DNA from: Candidatus Uhrbacteria bacterium
GTDB lineage: Bacteria; Patescibacteriota; Patescibacteriia; UBA9934; GWF2-40-263
NCBI GenBank assembly: GCA_014239775.1
Contig: JAAZYG010000039.1
Location: 6,134-70,133, forward strand
Direction: 5' to 3'
Length of the DNA: 64,000 nt
How positions within the stretch are numbered: position 1 is the stretch's first letter; each line of letters opens with the position of its first letter. Shown in pieces: positions 32,864 to 42,613 of this stretch. A model generated the notes under the pieces. It saw only the letters and a program-made list of their open reading frames with translations. It was not told where the DNA came from and did no database searches. The translations under genes were made by a program, and so were the position numbers.

Positions 32864-33081
32864 AAATACATCCTTTGCTACGGAGGGTTTTGAATTTTTG
32901 ACATATGAGATTATTTTAATCTAAAACAAAAAAGAAAGAAAGGTTGATTTTTATATAATATAAATGTTTAGTTAATCTTTCTACTAGTTTTTTATATTAC
33001 AGCACATACAACATAATCATTACCTGCAATGTAGATGTGTTTGTTTTGTGATAAAATATTTACTGTCCTAACATTAATCTT

Positions 33082-33459
33082 GTGCGTAGAAGAAGATATA
33101 ATAAACACACATCACCTTATGTGACTGGAATAGTAATCTGGTTTATTTTATTTAGTATTATATTATCACCCCTTTATTATTACCTGACTTTTCCATTAAC
33201 AATCTTGATTTTGTTGTCCATAAACCTAGCCACTTTTTTGCTTTACGGATTAGACAAATTACTTGCATCAATAAACACTCAACGTATTCCAGAAAAAATT
33301 CTATTTGCAACAGCGCTTTTTGGTGGATCAGCAGGAGCACTTTCAGGAATGTACCTATTTAGACACAAGACTCGTAAAACATCTTTTCAACTCATACTTG
33401 CATTGCTAATATTAGTTCAAATTGTTTTTGTAATAAAAATTTTTGAAATAAACCTATAA
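33082..33459 (+). CDS. DUF1294 family membrane protein
   Basis: YGLDK, RIPEK.L, GGSAGAL.GM..FRHKTRK. Confidence 0.9.
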   Translation: MRRRRYNKHTSPYVTGIVIWFILFSIILSPLYYYLTFPLTILILLSINLATFLLYGLDKLLASINTQRIPEKILFATALFGGSAGALSGMYLFRHKTRKTSFQLILALLILVQIVFVIKIFEINL

Positions 33460-33486
33460 AAAAATAGACATTTTGTCTATTTTTTT
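33458..33486. terminator. Bidirectional terminator
   Basis: AAAAAATAGACA/TGTCTATTTTTT. Confidence 0.7.
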
Positions 33487-34294
33487 ACTCCCCTATTTCT
33501 ATGTGGTCACCTATATTTAGATCGTGTCTTTTTCGTGCACTTCCAGTTCTTGCACCCTGCACAACTATCTCTATAAATCTATGACTACCATACCCAGAGC
33601 TACCAACAATTAATGCAGTTTGATTGTCTTTTACATCTTTTAACTGACGAGTACATACTGCTTCAAATTGATTATCAACATTTATATTTATTTTTCGCAC
33701 TTCACCTGGTACAAACTTTATATCTTTTTCAGTTAGTGTCGTTTTTGCATTTCCAAAAGAATCAATCCACCATATTGCAGACCTTACATCTTGCACCTCA
33801 TCTATACTTAAAGATTCAGATGGCACATCCCCTTTGTCCCAAATAATTTTTGCAAGTCGAGGAAGATAATTCAAACTTCTAAATTGAGTACTTGCTGCCT
33901 CTAGCACAGCTGAATCAGAGTACCCACCAAATTTTAAAACAGTTGGTATATCAGTTACATTAATCTTATCTATAAGTCCAAGTTTTTTTAAAAGACCAAA
34001 AGACACTCCATCTATTGTTCCTACAATAAGTTTTTTACCGATCCAGCAATAACCAAATGGTGATCCATTTTCCCATTTCTTTGCATGACCTGATCTGGGT
34101 GCAACGTTTACTGCAATTACACCTGGTGCATCATCTGACACATCGAGGATGTCTAATAAATTTCCAGAAGCCTCTAAATCTGTTTCTGCTCCAATAAAGC
34201 TAACATGCATTTTGGGAAACAAATGAGCATATCTTGTCTCCTGTCTTGTGCGTGCATTATCATCACGGCAGTCAGTTATAATAGTTACAAACAT
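33485..34294 (-). CDS. SAM hydroxide adenosyltransferase (DUF62) family
   Basis: VTIITD, NVAPR, TQFRS, WIDSFGNAKT, GSSG...IEIVV. Confidence 0.75.
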   Translation of the reverse strand: MFVTIITDCRDDNARTRQETRYAHLFPKMHVSFIGAETDLEASGNLLDILDVSDDAPGVIAVNVAPRSGHAKKWENGSPFGYCWIGKKLIVGTIDGVSFGLLKKLGLIDKINVTDIPTVLKFGGYSDSAVLEAASTQFRSLNYLPRLAKIIWDKGDVPSESLSIDEVQDVRSAIWWIDSFGNAKTTLTEKDIKFVPGEVRKININVDNQFEAVCTRQLKDVKDNQTALIVGSSGYGSHRFIEIVVQGARTGSARKRHDLNIGDHIEIGE

Positions 34295-34368
34295 AGAACG
34301 CTAGACTAGCAGTAATCTTACTTTTAATAAAGTAATCAAAAAACACCCTGATCAACAAGATGTTTTTA

Positions 34369-35304
34369 TTACATTTTAGCAATTGTTTTTTTAACTTTAT
34401 CAATCTGTGTTTTATCAAAATTTGCTGTAGCTAATTTTGCCATTTCATCTATCATTTTTAACCCCTCATCATAATGATTTTTTACAGGTCCATCATGGTT
34501 TACATTTCCACGAATTGTATTATGTAGATCATTAAAATATGGCTGACCTGTTTGTGCCTCAACCATTACACCATGTGTTGGACTTAAAATAACATACCCT
34601 TTTTCAGAAGCTGCTATATACGTTTCCTTTAATTTTCCATAAATTTCATCAAGCTGTGATTGCTCTTGAATATCATATGGCATCATGCCTTCAAACCATG
34701 TATCCAATAAATCATAACCTTCTACATATTGCTCTAAACTAGAGCCTTTTTGACCATCATAAACCGTACCGTAATTTTCTGGAATCCCAGGTATTCCCTC
34801 GAGGTCTTTGAGTGCTTGTTCATTACTGTATAAATAATCAACAAGAACACTTTTCTTTTCACCAGAACTGTCAAAAACAGACAACCTTGGATCAGGCTGA
34901 GACCTATCTTCATGCTTGTTCCACTGAAACTCATTAGACGAATCAGTTATTACATATCTTTTATCAGCAAGATGGAATGCCTTTTCTACAACAAAACTTT
35001 CTTCACCACTTTGTTTATCTTTTACTTTTAGCTTGTATAAAAAACCATGCATGCCTCTAGATAATATTTCTCTATCACCAACTAAATCATAACCTTTTTG
35101 ATCTAATGAATCTTTAACTGACTCAATACTTGCAACTCCATCTGGTATCTTCTCTCCTTCTACTGTAGTTCTTAATTCAACAACCTCAGAAGATTGTTCT
35201 ACATTAAAATCACCGACTTCATTGGTTGGTTTGTTTTCTTTTCTCAATGCACGCTCTTCCGCATTTGGAAAAGGAATGATTTTTCCAACTTCTTCTCCTG
35301 GCAT
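34369..35304 (-). CDS. Protein-kinase-like fold protein, probably a pseudokinase
   Basis: LSRGMHGFLYK, VVEK, LEGIPGIP, LEQYVEG; HRD replaced by ILS; ATG at 35304. Confidence 0.6.
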   Translation of the reverse strand: MPGEEVGKIIPFPNAEERALRKENKPTNEVGDFNVEQSSEVVELRTTVEGEKIPDGVASIESVKDSLDQKGYDLVGDREILSRGMHGFLYKLKVKDKQSGEESFVVEKAFHLADKRYVITDSSNEFQWNKHEDRSQPDPRLSVFDSSGEKKSVLVDYLYSNEQALKDLEGIPGIPENYGTVYDGQKGSSLEQYVEGYDLLDTWFEGMMPYDIQEQSQLDEIYGKLKETYIAASEKGYVILSPTHGVMVEAQTGQPYFNDLHNTIRGNVNHDGPVKNHYDEGLKMIDEMAKLATANFDKTQIDKVKKTIAKM

Positions 35305-35346
35305 AAAATAATTATTAAATATTATATTAAGGATAAAACTTGAGAA

Positions 35347-35376
35347 TAAAAAAAGCAAGTACACAATATACTTGCT
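35347..35376 (-). terminator. Terminator after thioredoxin
   Basis: AGCAAGTA/TACTTGCT stem with U-tract on - strand. Confidence 0.6.
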
Positions 35377-35710
35377 AAGCGTAGCCTTTTGCGAACAACT
35401 GATCAATGGATGTCAAAATACGACGCTGGTTCTGTGAACCCATAATTCGCGACACCTCTTCACCGTTATGCATGAAAATGGTTGTCGGAATACTTCTTAC
35501 ACCAAAATCATTGGACAGCTTAGGCGAATCATCTACCATTACTTTTCGAATGGTTATTTTAGTCTCCAAATCTGGCATCATGCTTTCCACAACCTTTGAC
35601 AACTGCTTACATGGTCCGCACCATACAGCTGAAAAAATAATCATGGCAAGCCCATCTTTTTCAACAATCTCTTTTTGAAAATTGGTTTCGTCTACAACAT
35701 CAATGGCCAT
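35375..35710 (-). CDS. trxA: Thioredoxin (SD-led unit)
   Basis: WCGPC, VRSIPT; AAGGAGGTG SD; TTGACA-N17-TAACGT. Confidence 0.93.
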   Translation of the reverse strand: MAIDVVDETNFQKEIVEKDGLAMIIFSAVWCGPCKQLSKVVESMMPDLETKITIRKVMVDDSPKLSNDFGVRSIPTTIFMHNGEEVSRIMGSQNQRRILTSIDQLFAKGYA

Positions 35711-36107
35711 CTTATACCACCTCCTTTAAATTGTTTGGGTTTGTTCTTTGTGAACAAGAAACGTTATCCTAAAAATAACATCTTGTCAAGATACTATGAT
35801 TTAATTGTAATATATTCTTAAACTTATTAAGTAAAATTTAATATTTAGATATTATAATATAATTTCATACCCATCTTTACTTATCTTATTTTTTAGTACT
35901 TTTCTCTACATTTTTTTTATTTGTATAATTTTTTCCAGCACTCTCATTGTTTTCTCAAGAAAAACCTATATGCAACTATCTATTGATTTGAAAATACACA
36001 TATTATTACAATAGTCTTTACAAAAATATAAATCTGAACTAAGTTAGTAGATCTCTATATATACAGAGATCTACTATTTTAGTTGTACTTTATACCAAGG
36101 AGATTAG

Positions 36108-36857
36108 ATGCGTTCATTTATAATGTTTATCTCTGTCTCATATATAATTTTTGTGCAGTTTGGTTGTGCATCAAACACCCCACCTACTGTAACTATGATT
36201 ATACACAATGACACAATAGAAACACCGAATCTAATTTCACCTAAACCAGATTCGCAGACTTCTTTTTTTGATGGATTACAACCTCCAGATACATACACTG
36301 ATCAGAGTGATCCAAACTGCTCGCCATTTACAGTTATTGATTCTCAGGGGACTCACATACAGGTAGATAGTTACCTTAAATTTAGTCTAAATCCTGATTC
36401 ACCTAATGGGGAAATAACCTATGGTAATCAAACAGTTTTTGTTCTAGATTCAAATGCACTATGTGGAGATATTGTTATTAGTTCAATTTATTTTCGCATG
36501 GTTGGAAATTCTGGTCCAGATGATTGTAATGAGTGGTTGAAGTATGTGCCAAATGAAATTACAGTTACTCATTACAATTCACAAGATTGTACATTAATTA
36601 ATAGTGGTTGTAGTGCAAATCAAACAGAACTGTATTGGCAATGCATATTCACTGATGAACAAGTTGTTGTTACAAAAGATCAGATACTTACAATGCATGT
36701 AAATATCAATGTAACAGATCTACTTGTGTCAGACTCACCTTTTAGATTTGATGTGGTTCCTTTTTATTCATGGTATGAGATCAATGATCCAGATGCATAT
36801 CCAAATAAAATGGTTGCGGATGTAATATTTGGTCACACACTTAATATTGATAAATAA
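36108..36857 (+). CDS. Exported or lipoprotein-like hypothetical protein (SD-led unit)
   Basis: Hydrophobic N-terminus ending FGC; Pro/Thr-rich linker; AAGGAG SD. Confidence 0.7.
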   Translation: MRSFIMFISVSYIIFVQFGCASNTPPTVTMIIHNDTIETPNLISPKPDSQTSFFDGLQPPDTYTDQSDPNCSPFTVIDSQGTHIQVDSYLKFSLNPDSPNGEITYGNQTVFVLDSNALCGDIVISSIYFRMVGNSGPDDCNEWLKYVPNEITVTHYNSQDCTLINSGCSANQTELYWQCIFTDEQVVVTKDQILTMHVNINVTDLLVSDSPFRFDVVPFYSWYEINDPDAYPNKMVADVIFGHTLNIDK

Positions 36858-36943
36858 AAGTTGTGAACATATTGACTAAGACTTTGATGTGATATAATCT
36901 TTCGCATCTTATTTAAAATAGATTTTATAAAAGGAGTTTCTGA

Positions 36944-37150
36944 ATGAACCGTGCGGATGAGCAGAGGTCTTGCTGTAAATCCACAAAACAGCAGTTCCCT
37001 AATCAACCAAAAGATGGGGTACGTCATGTGGATCTTATCTCTTACAAAGAAACCAACGATAGACATGCTGTGCTTTTTGATACGTGCAGCACAAATACTC
37101 GTGGAGGATTCTCGGAATTCGACACACATAGAAATAATGACTTAATTTAA
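36944..37150 (+). CDS. Small hypothetical protein (SD-led unit)
   Basis: AAGGAG 7 nt before ATG; TTGACT promoter at 36872. Confidence 0.5.
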   Translation: MNRADEQRSCCKSTKQQFPNQPKDGVRHVDLISYKETNDRHAVLFDTCSTNTRGGFSEFDTHRNNDLI

Positions 37151-37175
37151 AAATAGTCAAAATACTTAACACTCA

Positions 37176-37562
37176 TTACTTTGAGTGTTTTTTTGTTAAA
37201 AAAATTATATATAGCGATACTATAATTATTACTATTTCAAAATGAATTAACACTTTAGACATCTCAACTGGTGAGGTTGGAAATATTTTTAGCAAATCCA
37301 AAACCATAAGCAGAAAGTACAACCAGGCAGAAATATGCGCCATTTGTATTCCTTTTTCTTTATCCTTATCAATAATCATTAAAGCATATATACCAATAAG
37401 TATTACTAATACTATTAATAAATTAAAACCCCAATATGAAAATACACTCATGTGATCAAAAGTTCTATTTTCAATAATCCACCATGGATTAAGGGATATT
37501 AATAAAATAAAGTTTATAATCGAAAATGTTTTTATTATTTTTATTCTTTTAATTATGTTCAT
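37176..37562 (-). CDS. Hypothetical membrane protein (about 4 TM)
   Basis: Hydrophobic segments; GGTATAAT 9 nt before ATG. Confidence 0.7.
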   Translation of the reverse strand: MNIIKRIKIIKTFSIINFILLISLNPWWIIENRTFDHMSVFSYWGFNLLIVLVILIGIYALMIIDKDKEKGIQMAHISAWLYFLLMVLDLLKIFPTSPVEMSKVLIHFEIVIIIVSLYIIFLTKKHSK

Positions 37563-37584
37563 ACGTTATAAATTATACCAAATA

Positions 37585-37611
37585 AAAAACAGTTGAAACT
37601 AATCAACTGTT
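37585..37611 (-). terminator. Terminator after purA
   Basis: AACAGTTGA/TCAACTGTT stem with U-tract on - strand. Confidence 0.65.
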
Positions 37612-37614
37612 AAG

Positions 37615-38913
37615 TTATCTGTTTTTCCAGATAATTTGATCTCGTTCTGGACCAATTCCGATTGCATCCACTGGAATACCTGTGTGTAATTCGATTTCAT
37701 TCAGGTAGGCCCTGGACTCGATAGGTAAATCTTCAAATAATTTTGTTTTTGTGATGTCATCACTCCAACCTGGAACTTTTAAATACTGTGGCACAGCTGA
37801 TGCAACAGACATTCCAGTCAGTGTCTTTTCTGCACTGATATTCGCATAACCATCACACATCTGAAGATTTTTAAATCCAGAAAGCACATCAAGCTTGGTC
37901 ACAATCAGATCAGTGATTCCACCCATCCTGCATGCATATGACAATGCATGCATATCAATCCAACCACACCGACGAGGTCGGCCAGTGGTTGTTCCGAATT
38001 CCTTTCCTTGCGTACGCAACCTTTCTCCAACTCCATTGTTCAATTCGGTAGGAAAAGGACCAGAACCTACACGTGTAGAGTATGCTTTTGCAACACCGAT
38101 TACACGATCAAACTTGAATACACCAAATGTAGATGAAACACCCGCTGCGGTGCAACAAGATGAAGTTGTGTAAGGACGAAAACCATGCATTGTATCTAGT
38201 AGTATGCCTTGTGCTCCTTCAAATAGTACATTACTACCTAATTGAATAGCATTGTGCACATAACCCCTAGTGTCTCCAAGATTAGGGACAATAGAATCTG
38301 CATACTTCATACACCAATCAACAGTCTGATCAAGTGACATTGGATCAATCTCAATATTTAAATCAGAAAGATCCACCTTACAATTATCAACTCCTAGATG
38401 TTTTGCAATTGCACAAAGCTCATCAAAATATCCAGATTGTGTTAAAGCTTCTTGTACCAAGCGTTTGTTTGTCAGATCATTAAGCCTTACACCCCGACGC
38501 AGCCAAAAATCACCGTATGCAGGCCCAATACCACGCTTTGTAGTTCCAATTGCAATTTTGCCGGCTGCAACTTCACGACCTGCGTCAAGTGCCCTATGCA
38601 TTGGAATTACAACTGGAGTTGAATGATCCAACAAAACAGTTGATCCATATTTTTTTGCTAGTTCAAGCTCACTTGAACCAACAGCTAAATCGAATACAAC
38701 ACCAGGACCCACAATATTAACAACACCTTCGCGAATGATTCCACTTGGACAAATGTGTATTGCTTCTTTTTTGCCATCAACTACAATTGTATGACCAGCA
38801 TTTCCACCTCCATTAAAGCGAACCACAATATCTGAATTCTCAGATATTGTATCCACGATCTTTCCTTTGCCATCATCACCCCATTGGGCACCGAGAACTA
38901 TTTGCACACTCAT
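37615..38913 (-). CDS. purA: Adenylosuccinate synthetase (divergent; SD-led unit)
   Basis: QWGDDGKGK, GNAGHT, GTTKRGIGP, EGAQG, EFGTTTGRPRRCGW, TKLD. Confidence 0.93.
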   Translation of the reverse strand: MSVQIVLGAQWGDDGKGKIVDTISENSDIVVRFNGGGNAGHTIVVDGKKEAIHICPSGIIREGVVNIVGPGVVFDLAVGSSELELAKKYGSTVLLDHSTPVVIPMHRALDAGREVAAGKIAIGTTKRGIGPAYGDFWLRRGVRLNDLTNKRLVQEALTQSGYFDELCAIAKHLGVDNCKVDLSDLNIEIDPMSLDQTVDWCMKYADSIVPNLGDTRGYVHNAIQLGSNVLFEGAQGILLDTMHGFRPYTTSSCCTAAGVSSTFGVFKFDRVIGVAKAYSTRVGSGPFPTELNNGVGERLRTQGKEFGTTTGRPRRCGWIDMHALSYACRMGGITDLIVTKLDVLSGFKNLQMCDGYANISAEKTLTGMSVASAVPQYLKVPGWSDDITKTKLFEDLPIESRAYLNEIELHTGIPVDAIGIGPERDQIIWKNR

Positions 38914-39007
38914 GGAAACCTCCTTGTGAATGCGTATAAATTATTAAAGGTCCAGCACAAATTTACTCCTCCTAAAGCTTTTGTCAATATGCTTATCCTC
39001 AATAAAA

Positions 39008-39032
39008 TAAAAAAGGCCTTAGATGGCCTTTT
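39008..39032 (-). terminator. Terminator after the 39053-39496 ORF
   Basis: AAAAGGCC/GGCCTTTT. Confidence 0.65.
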
Positions 39033-39052
39033 AAGTTAATTATAGATGTAGT

Positions 39053-39496
39053 TTAGAGGCGAGAAATACCAAGTGCAAAACGTACTCGTCCTAAAATACA
39101 CTCAATATAGAATTGTTGATTCCTTTCAAAACCCCTTGCAATACCATCTGAAATTGTAATTAAAAACACTTCAGTACATCCTAAAATTTGTATTCCCAAT
39201 TGCTCTTTTATAGGATAACGTCCTTTCTTTGACAGACACCAATAAAGAATTTTGACATCACCCTTATTAAGTCCTGTGATCAATAATCCATCTGGCTCCA
39301 GTGTGCTATATATAAAGTCTGAAACTTTTTGTTTTTGAAAACCACGATGGCTTATTATTTCCCATGCTTCACAAATGTGCTCTTTTGCGTAGAGATCACC
39401 TGCTATAAGCTTACTTTTTAGAATAAGTAAAGCGATAAGCGAAAACACAGTAAGCGGAAGTCCAATTAAAATTATATCTTCTGGCGTCAAATTCAA
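39053..39496 (-). CDS. Hypothetical protein with N-terminal TM (SD-led unit)
   Basis: TAAGGAG SD only 2 nt before TTG, so the exact start is uncertain; TTGACA (39543-39548)-N17-TATTTT. Confidence 0.65.
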   Translation of the reverse strand: MNLTPEDIILIGLPLTVFSLIALLILKSKLIAGDLYAKEHICEAWEIISHRGFQKQKVSDFIYSTLEPDGLLITGLNKGDVKILYWCLSKKGRYPIKEQLGIQILGCTEVFLITISDGIARGFERNQQFYIECILGRVRFALGISRL

Positions 39497-39553
39497 TTCT
39501 CCTTACCAGGGAACAAATAAAAATACTACTTTAAGACCCTTCTGTCAATAGTT

Positions 39554-40837
39554 TTAATCCAACCATTTATCTGATTGCCTTACTAGCAACTCACCAGCCC
39601 TCAAAGGCTGTGCCATTAAATCCTTTGTGACTTTTTCCATTCTGGAACTTTGAGATCCTTTAACTAAAAGTATATCTCCTTTTTTAACCTTAGAATCCAA
39701 CCATCTTCCAGCGTCTACTGAATTATTAAAATGTTCTGTTTTTGATTCATCAAAACCCGCATCTAATGCACCTCTTTGCATGTCTCTTGTTTTTTCACCA
39801 ACTGTAACAAGTATGTCAGCACCAACTTCTGCAATTTTCATTCCAATCATTCTGTGCTCATCTTCAGTATATCTGCCCAATTCTGCCATTTCACCAAATA
39901 CAACAATCCTTCTTTGTTCGTCCTGTAAACTAAATGAACTTAGTACTTCTAATGCTTCTGCCATTGATGCAGGTGCGGCATTGTAGGATGAATCAATAAT
40001 TAAACTACCTTTTATGCCAGCAATGGCATTCATGCGTCCTGGCTCTTGTTCTATACAACTTACACCAGAAACAATCTCTTCATCACTCAACCCAAGATGC
40101 TTTGCAATTGCAACTGCAGCTACAACCGATCTTGCAACAGCCTTACCAAGCATATTCACAAGTTCAAATTGCAACACGTCCCCATCTTGAGTTCTTGTTG
40201 TCATGTTTATGTTTGAAAAATTCTCACCGGGTTCAAAAGAAAAATCTTCTCTTGTGGAGATACTAAAATCTGAAGCTATCACGTCTGAAGATTCAGAAAA
40301 ACCATATTTTAAAACCTTTGCTTTTGCATGCTCAATTAATCCACGTACCCTTGTATCATCTCCATTTATTACAACCAACCCGTCCTCATATACACATTCG
40401 AGAAGTTGAGCTTTTTCTTCAGCTAACTGTTCTACTGTTTGAAAATTTTCAACATGAACAGGAGATATACCTGTAAGCACCCCTATGTTCGGCCGTACAA
40501 TGTCACACAAATACTTCATATCACCTGGATGATCAATTCCATACTCTAATACATAAACCTGTGGAATGTTTTTTGGTGTAGATAATAATATTTTAAGCCA
40601 ACCAAGTATGGATTTTCCAGGTGAGCGCTGTCCAAGAATTGTTAATGGAACACCGAACTCGTTATTGTAGTTATCAATATTTTTAGCAACTGAGTATTTT
40701 TTTGACAATAATGCAGCAATTGCATTTCTAGTTGATGTTTTACCAATCGAACCTGTTACACCAATTATTATTGGTTTATGCTCCTCAATTAATTGATGAG
40801 CTTTTTTTGCTAATTGTTTTTGTATAAATGCTTTCAT
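39554..40837 (-). CDS. murF: UDP-MurNAc-tripeptide--D-Ala-D-Ala ligase
   Basis: GVTGSIGKTST, NNEFGVPLT, DSSYNAAP, GEMAELG, LVKGS. Confidence 0.95.
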   Translation of the reverse strand: MKAFIQKQLAKKAHQLIEEHKPIIIGVTGSIGKTSTRNAIAALLSKKYSVAKNIDNYNNEFGVPLTILGQRSPGKSILGWLKILLSTPKNIPQVYVLEYGIDHPGDMKYLCDIVRPNIGVLTGISPVHVENFQTVEQLAEEKAQLLECVYEDGLVVINGDDTRVRGLIEHAKAKVLKYGFSESSDVIASDFSISTREDFSFEPGENFSNINMTTRTQDGDVLQFELVNMLGKAVARSVVAAVAIAKHLGLSDEEIVSGVSCIEQEPGRMNAIAGIKGSLIIDSSYNAAPASMAEALEVLSSFSLQDEQRRIVVFGEMAELGRYTEDEHRMIGMKIAEVGADILVTVGEKTRDMQRGALDAGFDESKTEHFNNSVDAGRWLDSKVKKGDILLVKGSQSSRMEKVTKDLMAQPLRAGELLVRQSDKWLD

Positions 40838-40838
40838 A

Positions 40839-42608
40839 TTATTCTACTTGTCTTACTGGTGGAACTTCAAAATACTGTAACAGAAACTCCGCAATTTTCC
40901 CAAATAATGGAGCAGCTGTTGACTCTGCCCACATTACTGATTTTGGATTATCTATTCTGACCACCATTGCAAATTTAGGATCTTCAACTGGACCAAAACC
41001 TGCAAATGATCCAATTGTTGAGTCTTCACTATAACCAATCCCATCTGTCTTTGCCACCTGTGCTGTACCTGTTTTACCACCAATGTAATATCCATCTACC
41101 CCAGCCCTTTTACCGTGACCGTGCTCAATAACAGAAACAAGCATTGCGGAAAGTGTATGTGCGGTTTTCTCATCAATTACCTGTGTTATGTCAACAGAAG
41201 GTCTTGTTTCTATTGTTTCATCTGAATAAATTATCTCATCAATGATTTGTGGCTTCTTTAATACACCTCCATTGGCAATTGCAGCATATGCCATTGCAAT
41301 TTGTAGCGGTGTTGTTGTTATTCCCTGACCAAACGAAGCTGTTGCTGCATAAATCTCTGAACCTATATCAAGTGAACTTATGTTACCTGCAACTTCTGTA
41401 TCTAACTCAATACCCGTTATCTGACCAAAACCAAATCTCTTAATATACTCTATAAATTTTTCCATGCCTGTTTGGCGCATAGAAAAAATCATTCCTGTGT
41501 TAATCGAGTCCTCCAGAACCTGTGTCATATCTACTTCACCATACACCTTACCTTCTGCGTTTCCAATTGGCTTGTGCCAACCATCTACCATAGACGATCC
41601 AGTGTCCTCAAATTTTGTTTTTGGTGTAACGTTTCCAGAATCCAATGCAGCAGCCATTGTGATCGATTTAAAAATAGATCCTGGCTCATATGCTAAAAAT
41701 ATTGCTGGATTATTAAATTGATTTATATTTTCAACTTTTGAATAATTATTTTGATCAAAATCAGGCACACCACACATTGCCATAACTCTACCTGTTGCTG
41801 GCTCAATTATAACCACACTCCCACCGTCTGCATCATATTCATTAACAGCCTCTTTTAACAGAGAGCACGTCATAAACTGTAATGTTCGATCTATTGTTAA
41901 CACTATTTTTGCTCCATCCTTCGCCTTCTGAACTGACCTGTCTGCAACAGCAATCAGCCTACCTGATATATCATTTTTAGAATTAATAAAGCCATATTTT
42001 CCAGCAAGCACATCTTCAAAATATCCTTCGATTCCATACTTGCCAGATTTATTTCCGTCATTATCCGAGCCAATAAAACCAACAATATGACCTCCCAGAG
42101 ATGCATCTGGATATATTCGTGCTGCCTCTCTAATAAATTCAATACCTTCTAAATCATGTTCTAATATTTTTCTTAAAATCTTTTCAGTTACACCTTTTTC
42201 AAGTGGCTCATACGGATCATTGGGTCTATCCAACCTTTTTATTAATTCTTCTTTTTTTTTATCATCATATTTAAATACCTCACTAAATACATTGGCTGTT
42301 TTTTCAACATCCTTAATGTGCTTTGGTTCTGCATATATAAATGACAAACGTTGATTTGTTGCAAGAGGAACCAATGCCTCATCCTTATAATCATGCATGT
42401 AAATAGACCCTCTAACTGGAATTAACTCCTTAAACATCTCGTGCTGAGAAGATGCTAGATCCTTATAAAAACTATAATCTAGTATTTGCAAAGAAAATAA
42501 CTTTAAAATAATTAATCCTGCAAAAATAATTATTAAGTATTTAAAAATCTCAAGACGAATATCTATTTTTAGATTTGATTTTGATTTCCATTTTTTTGAC
42601 CTTGCCAT
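40839..42608 (-). CDS. Class B penicillin-binding protein (FtsI/PBP2-like)
   Basis: N-terminal TM, RGSI, EPGSIFK (SxxK), SIN (SxN), KTGT. Confidence 0.93.
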   Translation of the reverse strand: MARSKKWKSKSNLKIDIRLEIFKYLIIIFAGLIILKLFSLQILDYSFYKDLASSQHEMFKELIPVRGSIYMHDYKDEALVPLATNQRLSFIYAEPKHIKDVEKTANVFSEVFKYDDKKKEELIKRLDRPNDPYEPLEKGVTEKILRKILEHDLEGIEFIREAARIYPDASLGGHIVGFIGSDNDGNKSGKYGIEGYFEDVLAGKYGFINSKNDISGRLIAVADRSVQKAKDGAKIVLTIDRTLQFMTCSLLKEAVNEYDADGGSVVIIEPATGRVMAMCGVPDFDQNNYSKVENINQFNNPAIFLAYEPGSIFKSITMAAALDSGNVTPKTKFEDTGSSMVDGWHKPIGNAEGKVYGEVDMTQVLEDSINTGMIFSMRQTGMEKFIEYIKRFGFGQITGIELDTEVAGNISSLDIGSEIYAATASFGQGITTTPLQIAMAYAAIANGGVLKKPQIIDEIIYSDETIETRPSVDITQVIDEKTAHTLSAMLVSVIEHGHGKRAGVDGYYIGGKTGTAQVAKTDGIGYSEDSTIGSFAGFGPVEDPKFAMVVRIDNPKSVMWAESTAAPLFGKIAEFLLQYFEVPPVRQVE

Positions 42609-42613
42609 AATGC

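Noticed and set aside
35791-36030. Replication origin in the long AT-rich intergenic region
   Set aside because: No cluster of DnaA boxes; isolated TTATCCACA matches elsewhere (2526, 17909) fall inside genes
37615-38913. PurZ (2-aminoadenine pathway) instead of PurA
   Set aside because: It keeps the catalytic Asp (GD, not GS), the GTP-type TKLD and the canonical TTGRPRR loop; no phage context or datZ/mazZ
25068-39496. Prophage, integron or tRNA-anchored genomic island
   Set aside because: No integrase, phage structural gene, attC-like repeat or direct repeat of the tRNA 3' end was seen; SD-led units are interleaved with core-type genes
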